NCBI GenBank assembly: GCA_973895155.1
Contig: OZ316891.1
Span: 17,606,095 to 17,670,094 of the forward strand
Direction: 5' to 3'
Length of the DNA: 64,000 nucleotides
DNA from: Marsupella aquatica
Taxonomy: Eukaryota > Plantae > Marchantiophyta
In this document: one piece after another, positions 52,212 through 64,000 of the stretch
Layout: the number at the start of each line of letters is the position of its first letter
Position numbering within the stretch: the first letter of the stretch is position 1
Translations under genes and position numbers: made by a program
The notes under the pieces: model-generated
The model's input: only the letters and a program-made list of their open reading frames with translations
The model's database searches: none
Told to the model about the DNA's origin: nothing

Positions 52212-52328
52212 AGAGCTGCAGTCCAGATGAATTCCAGTGAGGAGCTGGAAGGTATGTTGAGTGCACGCCGAGCTGCAGTGCAGATGAATTCCAGTGAGGC
52301 GCTGGAAGGTGTGTTGAGTGCACGCCGC
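52212..52328. repeat. Two-copy tandem duplication, 57-bp period, in the probable 3' UTR/flank of the SGNH gene
   Basis: gagctgcagt(c/g)cagatgaattccagtgagg(a/c)gctggaaggt(a/g)tgttgagtgcacgccg x2. Confidence 0.85.
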
Positions 52329-52659
52329 GCCCACATCACAATTGATGCAGTCAGTGGTACATCTCGTCAAGGTTTCAGGTCATACGAACATCTGCAAGGG
52401 TTGATGCCAGTCCCCCGTAGTGCGAGTCGATCTAGTCCACAGAGAATCAGTGCACGTCTGTCCTCAGCCCATAAAATTGACGTGCTCAGATTGAAATTTA
52501 ATCAAGGGATGGAATATCTAACACCATGGACAGTTGGGTTACTGCCAAAAGAGATTCTTGACTGTAAGAGCGAACAAAACATTCATGTCATTCCCGATGT
52601 CATTTCATTGATTCAATCTCGAGTGAGAAAGAATGGTACTTGCAGGCTCAACCTGCTTG

Positions 52660-55551
52660 TTAATGATTGCTATGTGGAGAAGGTGCGCAGATTGCATTAA
52701 GCAGCATATGGACGAGCATGAGATCAACAAAATATCGATGTCCTATATTTCCGCCGGCCCACTTGGATTTGGAAGGAGGGCGGCCATAGTGCACTCCATC
52801 ATTGGTCTTGTGATCATAGTGCCAAGGGTAAGTATAGTCGAACCCGTCGATTATATGGAACCTATCGATCTCCATTCGAAGGAATCTGTCCAGCATCAGA
52901 TGGTTGAACAGCTCCATCTTATGGGGATTGAAGGACATGTTTCGAGCGTCTCCTCCTGTGGAAATCGTGGTTCTGTATAATATATCTGGCCTTTTGGCTT
53001 TCATCTGGCTCCAGACGTTGGCCCAAAACTTTGCGGCAACCTCCACACCACCTTTCATGTATCTTTGGACATCCTTCCAGTAGACACCATCGTGCAGGCC
53101 GGAGTTCATGATCATAAAATCCGGAGCAGTGTCTGCCGTGAAGAAGGACCGGATATACTGTGCAAACTCAGGGTCGTGAAGCGAAAACAAACCTTCATAG
53201 TTCAATGACACATTCGAGTGTCCATTAAATATATTCGTGATCCTCACAGACGACTGAGGATTGGTACGGGAAAAGTAAGTCGTATCCATTCTTCGATCTA
53301 TAAGCTTATAGTCGAACCCCAACACGAAATTGAGAAGGTTACGTATGGTGTCCATGTGGTTAGAGTCCCCCCAGAAGAGGAGCCACTTGCCGTCCAAGCA
53401 CTTCCAAGCCTCCTCCTTCTCGAAGATCTGGAAGGCACAGTGTGCAGAATATACCCACCCGTTGCTCTCCAAGCGTCCCACTCGACCCTTGCACCAGGGC
53501 TTCTGGCACTTCAGCTTGAGATCCACGCACTTCCATCTTCCATATCGGTCATACTCGCAATCCTTTGTAGCTTTCTCCCTTGTCCAACGTCCGCTCCAAT
53601 ACTTCTTACTAAAGTCCTCGAGTTTGCACATCGGCAGTTTTGGGCCTGAAGCTGTGTGCATGTAAGATTTTGGGTCAGAACCGGCTTCGGTTGGGTAGGA
53701 TTCAGATTCTGACCTGAACTGTGTTGGCGGGATAGCAGTCAAGGAGGACTGGGGCACAACGAACTTGATCTGGTATGTTGCCACTACCTCCATACGGGTC
53801 CACTTCTGGGGGTGGTAATGTAGAGCATGATAGTTTGAAAACAGGAGAACTATTCTGAGCGTGTACAATCCGGAGGCGAACCGGGGATCCATTTGAATCC
53901 TGACGGAGTAACTTCCATTGTTGCAATCCAAGACTGGTGGGCGAGACTTCCAGAGCGCTCCGCTAAGATCTGTTTCGTAGTAATCTCCTCCTCCACATCG
54001 ACGTTGGTCATCATCTCCTACGGAAACGATCATGAGCTCGTACACTGGCCCAGCATAGAGTTGAATGACTGGCCCTTTCTCTCCCTCAAGTTTGCTGGGT
54101 TGGGGGAGGCCTAGAATTTGAGCTGATCGAGTTCTTATGTTGTGGCAGGGAAGCGTACCATTTTGCATGACTTGCAACATTAACTTCTCGGTCTCGTTCA
54201 CAATCATGTAAGGAAACTGAACCCACCCGTTCCCCTCGACAACAGAAAATTGGACCTCTCGTGTACGATCGTTTCCCTCAACGAGAACCGTTGTAGCATT
54301 TGATGATGGATGCTGTTGCTGAGGTAAATCTCCTCCCGACGCTGGAGTCGCCGTCGTTGCCTGTATGCACAGAATGACCGTCATTCCAGGATTGTAAGGA
54401 ATTACGCTGATATTAACTTCCCCAGAATCAAATCCAACCAGCTGATATTGTTAGATGTATTGGAGTGGTTGTTACTGCATTGTGCGGCAAGAATCTCTAC
54501 CCCCCACACCCTCCCCCGGCATCCCTACAAGTTGGACCTAGTGTATGGAACTCAATAACCAGTCAATGCAGGCAATTGGTATAAAATTTTGGAAATGGGT
54601 CCAAGCAATCTTATGAAATTAGTGTTTGACATGTACGAGGACGTAATCGACCCAGGCTGAACATTCCAAGCAGAATTAGACACCAGAAGGAACACAGAAA
54701 GAACTAGCTAGGGGTTGATACGGCAATATCACATTGAGGGGATTGATGGAGGTCTCACAGATGGACAAATCATAGGTAAGAGGGCAACCATGGACAGAGT
54801 TTGATAGCCCTCTTAAGCTGCTTTTGCAAACCCTGACCATTGTTGAACACAACGCCCTGTCAGACCCCCTGGATTGTAAATTCTGATTGCTTTTGAAATC
54901 CACCGGGTAAGCAAGCTAGGTCATGGGCCAGCTAATTGATGCAGTCTTCCGGGAGCCGCAGAAGCTTCCGGGCACAGTAACTGCATTATTATTGGATGAG
55001 ATTACGTTGTCCGGAAAGGATTGTCTTACATCTTCCAGAAGATGCAAAGGGTCATTCGGATTCTTGGCTGCCCTTTGATGATCGCCAGACTGTTGGTTTA
55101 ATACCACTCGATCATATTGTAGAGCCAGGTTGTTGACCGTAGGCTTCGTGATCAAGCTGCGTTGCTCTTCCTCCATAGTCAAGCTTCTGAGATTTTGCCT
55201 TAGCCCCATCTTCATCTGCTGGTCTTCTGGGTACACACTATTGTGATTAAACTCGCTCGTGTCTCGCAGATTAAGAATCGTCTGCGGCCAAAGAGGTAAG
55301 TGTAGTCCTACCTGAACAACCGACACTCTGTCCCCGAGGACAATTAGGAAGAGGATCATCACGAGAATAAAGATGATACCCATAAATGCCTGAATGATCT
55401 TAGTCTTTAAGAGCAACAGGACACTCAAATCCAGCGCATTCCCAGCCAGTATCCACCGATGGAACGATGAAACACTTCCCTTCCCCCCCTGAAATTCCTT
55501 GTCCTTCTGCCTTCTCATGCTATGCCTCATTTTTAGTTTGAAACAAATCAT
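52660..55551 (-). CDS. Type II membrane SGNH-fold protein (NXPE/PC-esterase-like; At3g06150/At5g19060-like), putative glycan O-acyltransferase/esterase; 2 exons approx. 55551-55030 and 54361-52660
   Basis: Exon 1 has one TM helix (FMGIIFILVMILFLIVLG). Donor GAT|gtaaga and acceptor cag|GCA are in phase. Exon 2 has an Ig-like GGDYYETDL...NNGSYSV segment, a Cys-rich region, WGDSN (GDS) and DGVHY (DxxH) motifs. Confidence 0.8.
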
Positions 55552-58500
55552 CCAAGTGATGTTTGAAGCCCTTCAAGGTCTTCACGAATCAAAGACCTTT
55601 GCTGCTCTTACTCCATCGAGTGAATGAAGTGGAGGAATCTTGAGGAAAGGACCCTTAGAGCTTTGTCAAAGCAATCAAGGTCGCAGAATAATTACTACTT
55701 TAATCTCTTCAGCTTCAGCCACTACCCCTGTGGTATCCTGCATGCTCAATGAAGAACGAACCCGATGTCTCAAGTGAGGTTGCATGTGCACCTCATGAAG
55801 CTCCGATTTCATTATAACGGACTTGAACTGCACATGCTCGGTCCCTCTAGATATGAATGGCACAACCGCGCATTCGTTGTCAGCTAGGCCCCTGGGTAGT
55901 CTTTTCCTAATTCTTGTCCTGATCTAGCCAAAATTCTGGTCCAAAACTTGATCCGTGAGCTTTCTGATCAAGTAATTATCTGAACAAACAACTGAAGCAA
56001 GAGCAGCCTCCGCCAATATGACTGCTATGGGCTGTGCGATCAACTTCTCTCGCCCAGCCCCCTTTGCACTTGTGATAGCTTCACGCAATCAAACATGTAT
56101 GGTATCAACCACATTCCTGCAAGAACATGAGCCTCCGGAATGTGCCTCCTCAAGGACCGAACGACACCGCTCTTGGATAGCAAACATGGTGATTTCCAGG
56201 CCACAATTCGCCAATCAGCAATCCCACAAAACTCTTGTATCAGCTGCACGACGCCGAACCGCCTTCAACACGAGATGTACATGATTATCTACAGTGGCCT
56301 AGCTTCCATGGTAGATTACTTCCGCTGATCCATCCTCCTCGTCCTCCCCAAGCCTTAAAAGCATGACCCCGCGTCAACTGTTCCGCCTGTCCTGGAGTTA
56401 CGGTATGAATCCTGGGACTAGACCGTGCCTGCGCATCAGCGATTCGGGCGAGCGATTGCATCAAAGCTGATCAGTGGCAAGAAAAGCATGATCAGCATGA
56501 TCGTACTGCTGCCTGGAACCGCAGACACAAGCGCACTGCAGACACAAAATTGCTCAGGCTGCATGCGGATTCGAATTCTCGCGCGAGATTGCCCCTTCAG
56601 GAGGTCCCCCACGACTTCTGTCCGCTGACTCTGGTGCTGTCCTAACTCCTAACTACCTAACCCGTGAGTTCGGTAATCTCTGGCCGGGCTCCCTCTCTCC
56701 CACTCTCCCTCGCTCCCATCTTCCAACTTACTTCCCAAGCCAAGAACCCGGCCGCCAAACTTCAAGGGAGCGTGGGCTGAGGTACGATGGCTGCACACGC
56801 GATTGCGGAATCCATTAGTTCCCGGTTGCAGGAGCCATTAGTTCCCTTCGATTGCATGGACCACTTCAGCTCGAGGCCAGCTTCCATTGTTGATGCCGAT
56901 GCTCCGACTTTTCGTTGAATTCCAAGCAGAGCATGATAGAAGAGTGGAATTGATTCTCCCCACGGAACACTCAATGACTGGTTGAGGAGAAATTGAATTC
57001 TTCTGCTCGAGAAAAGAGAAATCGGAAGGGACAGGACGCAGACAGTGTTGGAAAAATCGGAGAGGGTGACGATGTCACGAGGTAAATTGGAATCCTCTAC
57101 CCCTGTGCACATATGCAAGCCCAGAATGCAATCCCAATTTGCATACTTTTCAGCGGTTGATTAAACGTCACATTCGATTCTAAACAAGACAGTTGCGTGG
57201 TGTTCCTGGACTTGAAGGTAGTTCAACATTGAGCAGATCTGGACGAACCACATTTTCAGAAATAGACCCGCAGGTTGGATGAGGTTCGGAGAAGGTTCCC
57301 TAAAATAACGACATGGAACTCTCAAAACTTACTATCGGCCACGGGAGGTTTTCCAGGAAGCTATCCTGTCTGTCACAGAGCTGGTGTTCTACAAATTAAC
57401 ACAACTTACTACCAGTGTATATCAGGGCCAACTATGGCCGGTGATGAATTATCGAGTGAATTACTTTGAATCTCAAATCCTGAACTCTAATTATCCTTTC
57501 ACAGCGTGGTCATTGCAAGAATCCTTTCTGCTGTATCAATGATGTCTTTGGGCAATCCTGCGGCAAGTGGGGAGGGTAACTCGTTTTGAGTTTCCTCTCC
57601 CTCGAATTCTCTAGGAAGGTTCTTCTTCTATCTCTCTTTTGTGCTTTAGAGAAGGTGTTCATGCCATGCCCAGAGATTCCAGGACCCCAAGTGCAGCTTC
57701 CCGGTGTCTCCTTGCAAGTCGTACCACGAAAAAATTATCGACGTCCGAGATCCAGTCTTGTGCGTTGAAAGGAGCTGTGCCTCGCCAGGCTAAGACACAT
57801 GCGTTCGCATCTTGAGGTTGTGCATGAAGATATAGGTATCCTTGTTAAATCTTTGCTGATACTCGTTCCAGTGATTATAGAAACCTCCGTGCATTGACAA
57901 TAATTCAGACGCCTTAGTTTCGTAAGCAAACTTCTAGCTGCAATTAGCATGCCATCCGCTATAATTATTCTCCCGATAATTTACCTCGATCACCTGGCCC
58001 CTGGACGTTGAGCCACCGTTGGAGTGCCTCTATCATCATCGGTCTCCAGATGGTCAGCAGTAGTAGAAGTACTGTGTCCACAATGTGCACATCCTTTCGG
58101 GGATCCATTATTAATTGGTCAATACCAATTGACGTTAAGTAGTTCTCTGATTCTTGGGCTGAAACGCCCACCAAAGCATCATTCTTACACGCAGAACTAA
58201 AAGCAGAACAGGTCTGTAAAGAGAGTCTACAATAAGAAACACTCGTTGGCGATGAGGATTGGTGTTTCCTATGCCTTCTACCTCATACCGTGTTCGGTAG
58301 TCCAGCCCTGGAGATAAGGTACTCGGCAGGTGAAGAGATTGTATGAGGGACCATGCATTCAATTCTCGATGGAGACTACTGTAAGTACAGTACTGTAGCT
58401 GAATTGGTGCATGCATTCCATATCCTGATCGTCAAAGTTTTCACAGTATTGAAATTGAGCTCTTCACATCGATCAGCTCCGCATGGGCTGAACTTTCCAC

Positions 58501-59567
58501 TCTGATCAAGAACAGAAAACACGAAATCCAAAGCGATCTTCGAGAAATCATACGGAGTCCCGGGTTCTTGGGAAAAGAATGTGAATTGCAAAAGCAGGGA
58601 AAACAGGTTTGGCTACGGGAAAAACAGTAGAAATGAATCAGCATTTTTAGTTGGATCTGTGCCTGGTCAAAAATGGGGATGCCATACACAGGAAGAAAGG
58701 AATGTGGGGAAATAATAGGAGTGTGAGCCAACTACAATTATATACTTTATAATATAATCTCCAATGCTTAATTTGATTTGTGCAGTCAGTAAGCAAATTC
58801 AAATCTGGAAGTACAGTCACTAACTACCTAAAAAGTCTGGATATACTTGAACTAACTATTCCTGACAACTTGTGTCATGGATTCAACATGTCGTCTGCCT
58901 TACAACAATTTTGATCACAATTGAATATCTCGGTTGCTCGATATAAGCAACCCTAATTAATTCAAAGTTGCTTATATTGATACAAACAATTGATACAAAC
59001 AAGTTAAGTTAAATTTGTTTGTATCGAGTTTGTATCGAGACTTTGCCTATAGAGAGTTTAGGGGTTTTTTTGGCAGTATTGAGGGGGGGGGGAATCCTTG
59101 TGAAGAGGTAGGGATGACCATATTGTCTTTGAGTAAGGTCTTGCAAATTTGTAAGGGGAATCTGGCATAACTTTAGTGATTTGTGGACCTAGTGGTCACG
59201 AGCCTGGTGATGATCCATTTGAACACGTTATCAATTCACATACTGAAGCCCCCATGGACCTAAACGATATAGTGTGCCCAGATGGACCAGCACAACCCAG
59301 ATAGACTGCAGGAAAACATGCTTTGTACTCAGATAGCAGTCTTTCTTTACAGAAACAAACTTCGTAGTTTTCTGGTCAAAAGTAACCTGGTCCATCTGGG
59401 TTGCAAGGTTCATGGGAGTTGTCCATCCAAGCATCAATTACCACCACAAATGCTGACAAATCCCTTCAGTGATCCTGCCCAGTGAATTCCGGTATAGAAA
59501 CAACATAGTTGAAAACTTGTATCCATTATACTTGTAGCAATGTTTTTATGCCTGCAGGCAATGTGGT

Positions 59568-60328
59568 GGGTGTACTCTTCGAACGAAGTTATACCATGAT
59601 AGACAGCACCCTCAGTGCTTGTCATCATCTATGGAACTTGCTCCCAAGGTGTACCCCCTTACCGATTGTCTTTACAGAGTGTTTTGTGCCCTCGCTCAAG
59701 GAGGTGGGTGTGCTTATAACAAAGTTCTACCATGGTAGAAAGCACCCTTTTTGCTCTTTGCTCAGCTAGCATTCGAACAACATTTTTTGGGTGCCCTTGG
59801 GCTAGGAGGTGGGTGTTCTTATAACCAAGTTTTACCATGGTAGTCTTCCAACAATTGTTTTTTGGGTGCCCGTCAGCAACGGGGGAGAGTGTTCTTGTAA
59901 TGAAGTTCTACCACGGTACAAAGCATCCACAGTGATCATTGTTGAACAAGTGTTCTTGTAAAAAAAATGTGTCCTTGGGCAAGGGGTTGGATGTTCTCAT
60001 AACAAAGGTTTACTGCGGTAGAATGCATTCTTCATCCAAATGTGGAACTAGTGTTATTATACCATTTTTTGTGGTGTCAATCGGGAGGGGTTGGGTGTTG
60101 GTACGAAGAAATTCTACCACGGTAGAAAGCACCCTTCGTGCCCCTTGTCAAACGAGTGTCCCTAAAGCATTTTTTGGTGCCCAGGCAAGGGGGTGGCTGT
60201 TCTTGTAACGAAGTTCTACCACTGCCCTTCATGCACGTTATCGAACTAGTGTTCTTATACCATTTTTGCAGGGTGGGTGTTTTTATGACGAAGTTTTATG
60301 ATACGACGGTGAAAAAGCGCCCTTCATG
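59568..60328. repeat. Degenerate ~100-bp satellite, 8 units, each with a palindromic core
   Basis: Core GGGTGTTCTTATAACGAAGTTCTACCA(T/C)GGTAGAAAGCACCC recurs at ~59568, 59706, 59811, 59887, 59989, 60093, 60195, 60275. TTCTACCATGGTAGAA (59725-59740) is a perfect palindrome. Confidence 0.85.
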
Positions 60329-60624
60329 CTCGTCGTCGTGTCTGTGGAGCAACAACACTCTTTCCAGAGCGATACTCTCGTCTCTCTCGCTCTCTCGCTC
60401 TCTCGCTCTCTCGCCACCGCGAGAGCTCCTTGTCGCCCTAATTCCTCGAAAAGGTGGTGGATCTACTCGAGTGGAGTGATCGATTGCAGGACTCTCATCT
60501 CGTAGCAGAGCGTCGAGCCATCGATCGTTGGCCCAGCAGCAGCGAGCTAGGTAGAGCGATTTTTCGATTTCTCCTTGCCTTTGTGGTGGAGCAGAGAGAA
60601 AGGGTTTGGTGGGGCATTCGGGCC

Positions 60625-61431
60625 ATGGGGACGTTGGGGAAGGCCGTGTACAGGCTGGGGATGTGGGTGCGAGAGACGGGGCAGGCCATTGATCGGCTGG
60701 GGTCCCGGTTGCAAGGCGAGTATGCCTTTAAGGAGCAGCTCTCGAGACACCGGACGATCATGAATTTCTACGGGAAGAAGCCCGAAATTGCAGCAGACGT
60801 CTTCGTAGCTCCCAGCGCGGCAGTGATCGGGGATGTGAAGATCGGGAAGAAGAGCTCGATTTGGTACGGATCCGTGCTCAGGGGGGATGTGAACAGCATC
60901 AGTATTGGGGCCGAGACTAACATCCAGGACAATACTTTGGTTCACGTGGCCAAAACGAATGTGAGTGGGAACATTGCCCCCACGATCATTGGGGATAGAG
61001 TGACTGTCGGCCACAATGCGGTGCTGCACGCCTGCACTGTGGAGGATGAGGTGTTGGTGGGGATGGGTGCTACGCTGCTCGACGGAGTGGTGGTGGAGAA
61101 GGGTGCAATAGTGGCTGCCGGGGCGTTAGTGACTCAGAACACTCGTGTGCCAGCTGGGCAGATTTGGGCCGGCAGTCCAGCTAAGTTTATGAGGAATCTC
61201 ACAGTTGAGGAGAAGTCATTCCTCGTCAAATCGGCTGACAATTATGCATCTCTCGGAGCCATTCATGCTGAGGAGAATGCTAAGAGTTTTGCGGATGTTG
61301 AGGGTGATAAGGAGTACAGGAAGAAGCTGTCTCAGCAAAGTGATGATTATGATTCTCATCTTGGGATTGTACGGGAAACTCGGCCTCCCTCTTTGGCGGA
61401 GTCAGCTGCCGCTGCCAAAGGGGGTCAGTGA
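60625..61431 (+). CDS. GAMMA-CA: Gamma carbonic anhydrase, mitochondrial complex I subunit; intronless CDS
   Basis: MGTLGKAVYRLGMWVRETGQAIDRLGSRLQG...EQLSRHR N-terminus, hexapeptide repeats, LRGDVN, IQDN, and Zn-ligand His residues in LVHV, VGH and VLH. Confidence 0.97.
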   Translation: MGTLGKAVYRLGMWVRETGQAIDRLGSRLQGEYAFKEQLSRHRTIMNFYGKKPEIAADVFVAPSAAVIGDVKIGKKSSIWYGSVLRGDVNSISIGAETNIQDNTLVHVAKTNVSGNIAPTIIGDRVTVGHNAVLHACTVEDEVLVGMGATLLDGVVVEKGAIVAAGALVTQNTRVPAGQIWAGSPAKFMRNLTVEEKSFLVKSADNYASLGAIHAEENAKSFADVEGDKEYRKKLSQQSDDYDSHLGIVRETRPPSLAESAAAAKGGQ

Positions 61432-63328
61432 GTGAAACCTCTTCGCTTCCCTTATCCAATTTGAATTGTTTGTTGCATTGCTGTGCAGTCGGGAAAAAAA
61501 TTGTGCTTTTGACAAAAAGCTTGTTCCTGAGGCGAGAAGAGGGCATTTCAGAGAATTAGCTTTCTGCTAATGGAAAGGTATCGCGAGCAGGAGAGGTTAG
61601 GTTTTCTATTCCTCCGACTCGCTCCTGCTGTAATACCTGGATAAGAATCTTCTATAATGGGCATGGCAACCTTGAGCATCATCATCAGCATCCCGTAATG
61701 AGCATATGAAAGATTTGTGACTCCGGTGCAGAATCATGCAGTTTCATCTCACAAAGTGACTTGCTGCGAGTAGGTTGTAGGGTTGGTGTGGTGACAGACA
61801 TTACTGTGAAAATTCATTCGAGGTCACGCTAGGAATGGGTCCTGTGTGGCCTGCGTGAAGTAATAAAGCATTGAGGACCTTTTTCGTGATTATAAAGGTG
61901 GAATGACATAATGAAGATGGTCCTTTTTGTTTGGTAGATAAAGTTTGATATGTTCGAGAGCATAAATACCTATTTGAATTCCCATGTCCAGAAATTCAGG
62001 GTTTGTTTGAAACTCACAGGAAACTCTCCACAAAGGTTGTGTTGAAAGGTTCCATCTTAGGATGCTGGAACAGGAAGATATTTTGGTTGTGATCCCTTTC
62101 AAGGATTTTAAAAGTTAAAGCACCCAGTATTTCTATGTGGAACATGGTATTCCAAATAGGACTTGGTTAGGGTCATGACTCAGACCATAATCAAGCCAGG
62201 TTCAAATTATGGTGTGATCCATTCTTGATGAAAAATGACCCTGTCGTGTGTCCGCCATCTCGGCCAACTAAACTGAAAACAGCTATGATAGTTGGTCCGC
62301 GACACCTACGGGTGGGCTTGATGGTTTCGATCTCTTCTGGACTAGTCCTCACGTGATGGGATCTAAGTAGTAAAATGAACTGCTGCACTGCACTGAACAG
62401 ATAGATTGCACACCAATTCAAGTGGATTTCCAGCCGAGCCGGTTTGGCAAGTTCAAAGTCCGTCAAATGTACAGTACTACACACCAGAAAATTAGTTAAA
62501 GTCTGGTCTCATCATGGACGGATCATTCCTGGGAACCTTCATTTAGGAATCAGATTTTTTAACATAAATTATGGCCAATCTGATGTGAAATCGCGGTGAC
62601 AATATAGAGCATATATTGTGGCTGGCACAGGACTTGCATTTGTGGTCAATGAACAAACAAGTGCGACTTAACAATAGGAGACAACATCCTCTCTTCGACT
62701 CAATTCCACACTTGTGCAAGTGTGGAATTTGATGAACGTTTAGTTATCAAAAAGTATCTTTCGTACCTTTGCAGTCATAAACCCACCCTTTGATAAAATC
62801 ATTCAACAGGATAATAACCATGCCAGACCGGAAGAGGGGACACCAATTGTCACCTTACCTCATTAGAGTAGGCAAAGGTAAAAATGTTCCAACGTTCCCG
62901 TTTCGCAAATGGGTAAAAACTATTTCAGGTCTTCAGAAGCAGTGACGGTCAATCGATCTTCCATTTAGAAACGGATCACGGGCCTCGGTGTTCTGGTAGG
63001 TTTGCCCGGGTGTGAGCTAGAAAATATCCTTACCATGTCATTTCTCCAGTGCGGTCTATGACTACTCGGAAGTTAACAATCCAGCACCCCAACTAAGAAT
63101 ACCAAGACTACACATGGATTTGACTGTCGGCGCCAGAGATGCACTACACCATTCATGTTCATGACAATCACTACAAGCTTTTGTCAAATCATTTTGTCCA
63201 TATCGTACATGTATATATGGAAAGATTTTAAATTGAATGTTGACAACAAATATCATTTAGTGTACAAATGGCCACCTTGTTTCTCCATTTTAAGTGCCCA
63301 ATTCCCATCGTCAGCGAGAAAAGCAAAT

Positions 63329-64000
63329 CTATGCAGCCACTAAGGGACCCTTCTGCGGGGGCACACGGTTCTGCGCAGGAATTTCAGTGAACTCGCTTAG
63401 AATCGCCCTGAACTCATCTCCAGATAGCGTTTCCTTCTCAACTAGAAGTTCCACAATTTTGTCCATGGCCACTCTGTTGTTGCTGATGTGACTCAATGCA
63501 ACTTCATATGCTTGATCAGAAATAGCCTTCACAGCCCTATCAATGTCCTCCGCAAGCTTCTCTGACATTGAGTTTCGTGCCATCATTCTCATGATAACAT
63601 CTCCACCCTGGGCTGATGGGTCCATCAACGCCCATGGACCAATATCAGACATTCCAAAAACAGTCACCATCTGTTCACCCAGCACCCAGAAGATAAATCA
63701 ATACGATCATGCTTTTTAAATGCAATGTTTATGTCAGCCTAAAGTAGAGCTCACAGACACCTTCCTTCAGATGCTTACGCATCAGCTCTCAAGAAGAAAT
63801 AGAATGAATAAGAAGACTACAGGTTTGACGAATCAGAATTTCAATTACCTGCTTGGCCATAGATGTGACTTGCATCAAATCACTGGCAGCACCTGTTGTA
63901 ACTTCAGGCTCTCCAAAAATAATTTGCTCGGCAGCTCTCCCTCCCAAAGCACCAACGATTCGAGCAAAAATCTGGTTCTTAGAGATCAACGAAGGATCTT
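63329..64000 (-). CDS. FTSH2: ATP-dependent zinc metalloprotease FtsH2/8 (VAR2-type), chloroplastic; last two exons (63329-63670, 63849->64000)
   Basis: ISKNQIFARIVGALGGRAAEQIIFGEPEVTTGAASDL...MAKQ-MVTVFGMSDIGPWALMD...DVIMRMMARNSMSEKLAEDID...LSGDEFRAILSEF, which is diagnostic of type-B thylakoid FtsH. Confidence 0.95.

Noticed and set aside
56760-58730. Coding remnant (gag-like or other)
   Set aside because: Protein-like composition in places but multiple stops and no diagnostic motif.
59568-60328. CRISPR array (palindromic repeat with spacers)
   Set aside because: Eukaryotic context, no cas genes, repeats are degenerate, and the 'spacers' are homologous to one another and variable in length.

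Overview
Eukaryotic nuclear DNA from a land plant, most likely a bryophyte (liverwort-like; inferred from gene set, GT-AG introns and protein similarity recalled from memory, not from a search). Ten protein-coding genes can be reconstructed by hand. In order: the 3' part of a translocon-associated protein alpha (TRAP-alpha) gene; a 7-exon HAD phosphatase closely resembling animal N-acylneuraminate-9-phosphatase (NANP); a ~1,500-aa Sec14/CRAL-TRIO protein whose giant first exon carries an unrecognised ~90-100-aa acidic repeat; two intact tandem CURT1B/PSI-P genes inside a ~5.5-kb-period duplication; an organellar RsmI rRNA methyltransferase; an intronless threonine dehydratase; a membrane-anchored SGNH/NXPE-like protein; an intronless mitochondrial gamma-carbonic anhydrase; and the 3' end of chloroplast FtsH2/8. 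Intergenic DNA holds two TA-flanked MITEs, a small Helitron-like family, retroelement relics, a minisatellite, a ~100-bp palindromic satellite before the gamma-CA gene, and many two-copy tandem duplications. The most unusual element is a repeated module joining a tRNA-like cassette to an LTR end and a tRNA-iMet primer-binding site (38.4-38.6 kb). No CRISPR array, rRNA or intact tRNA gene was found.
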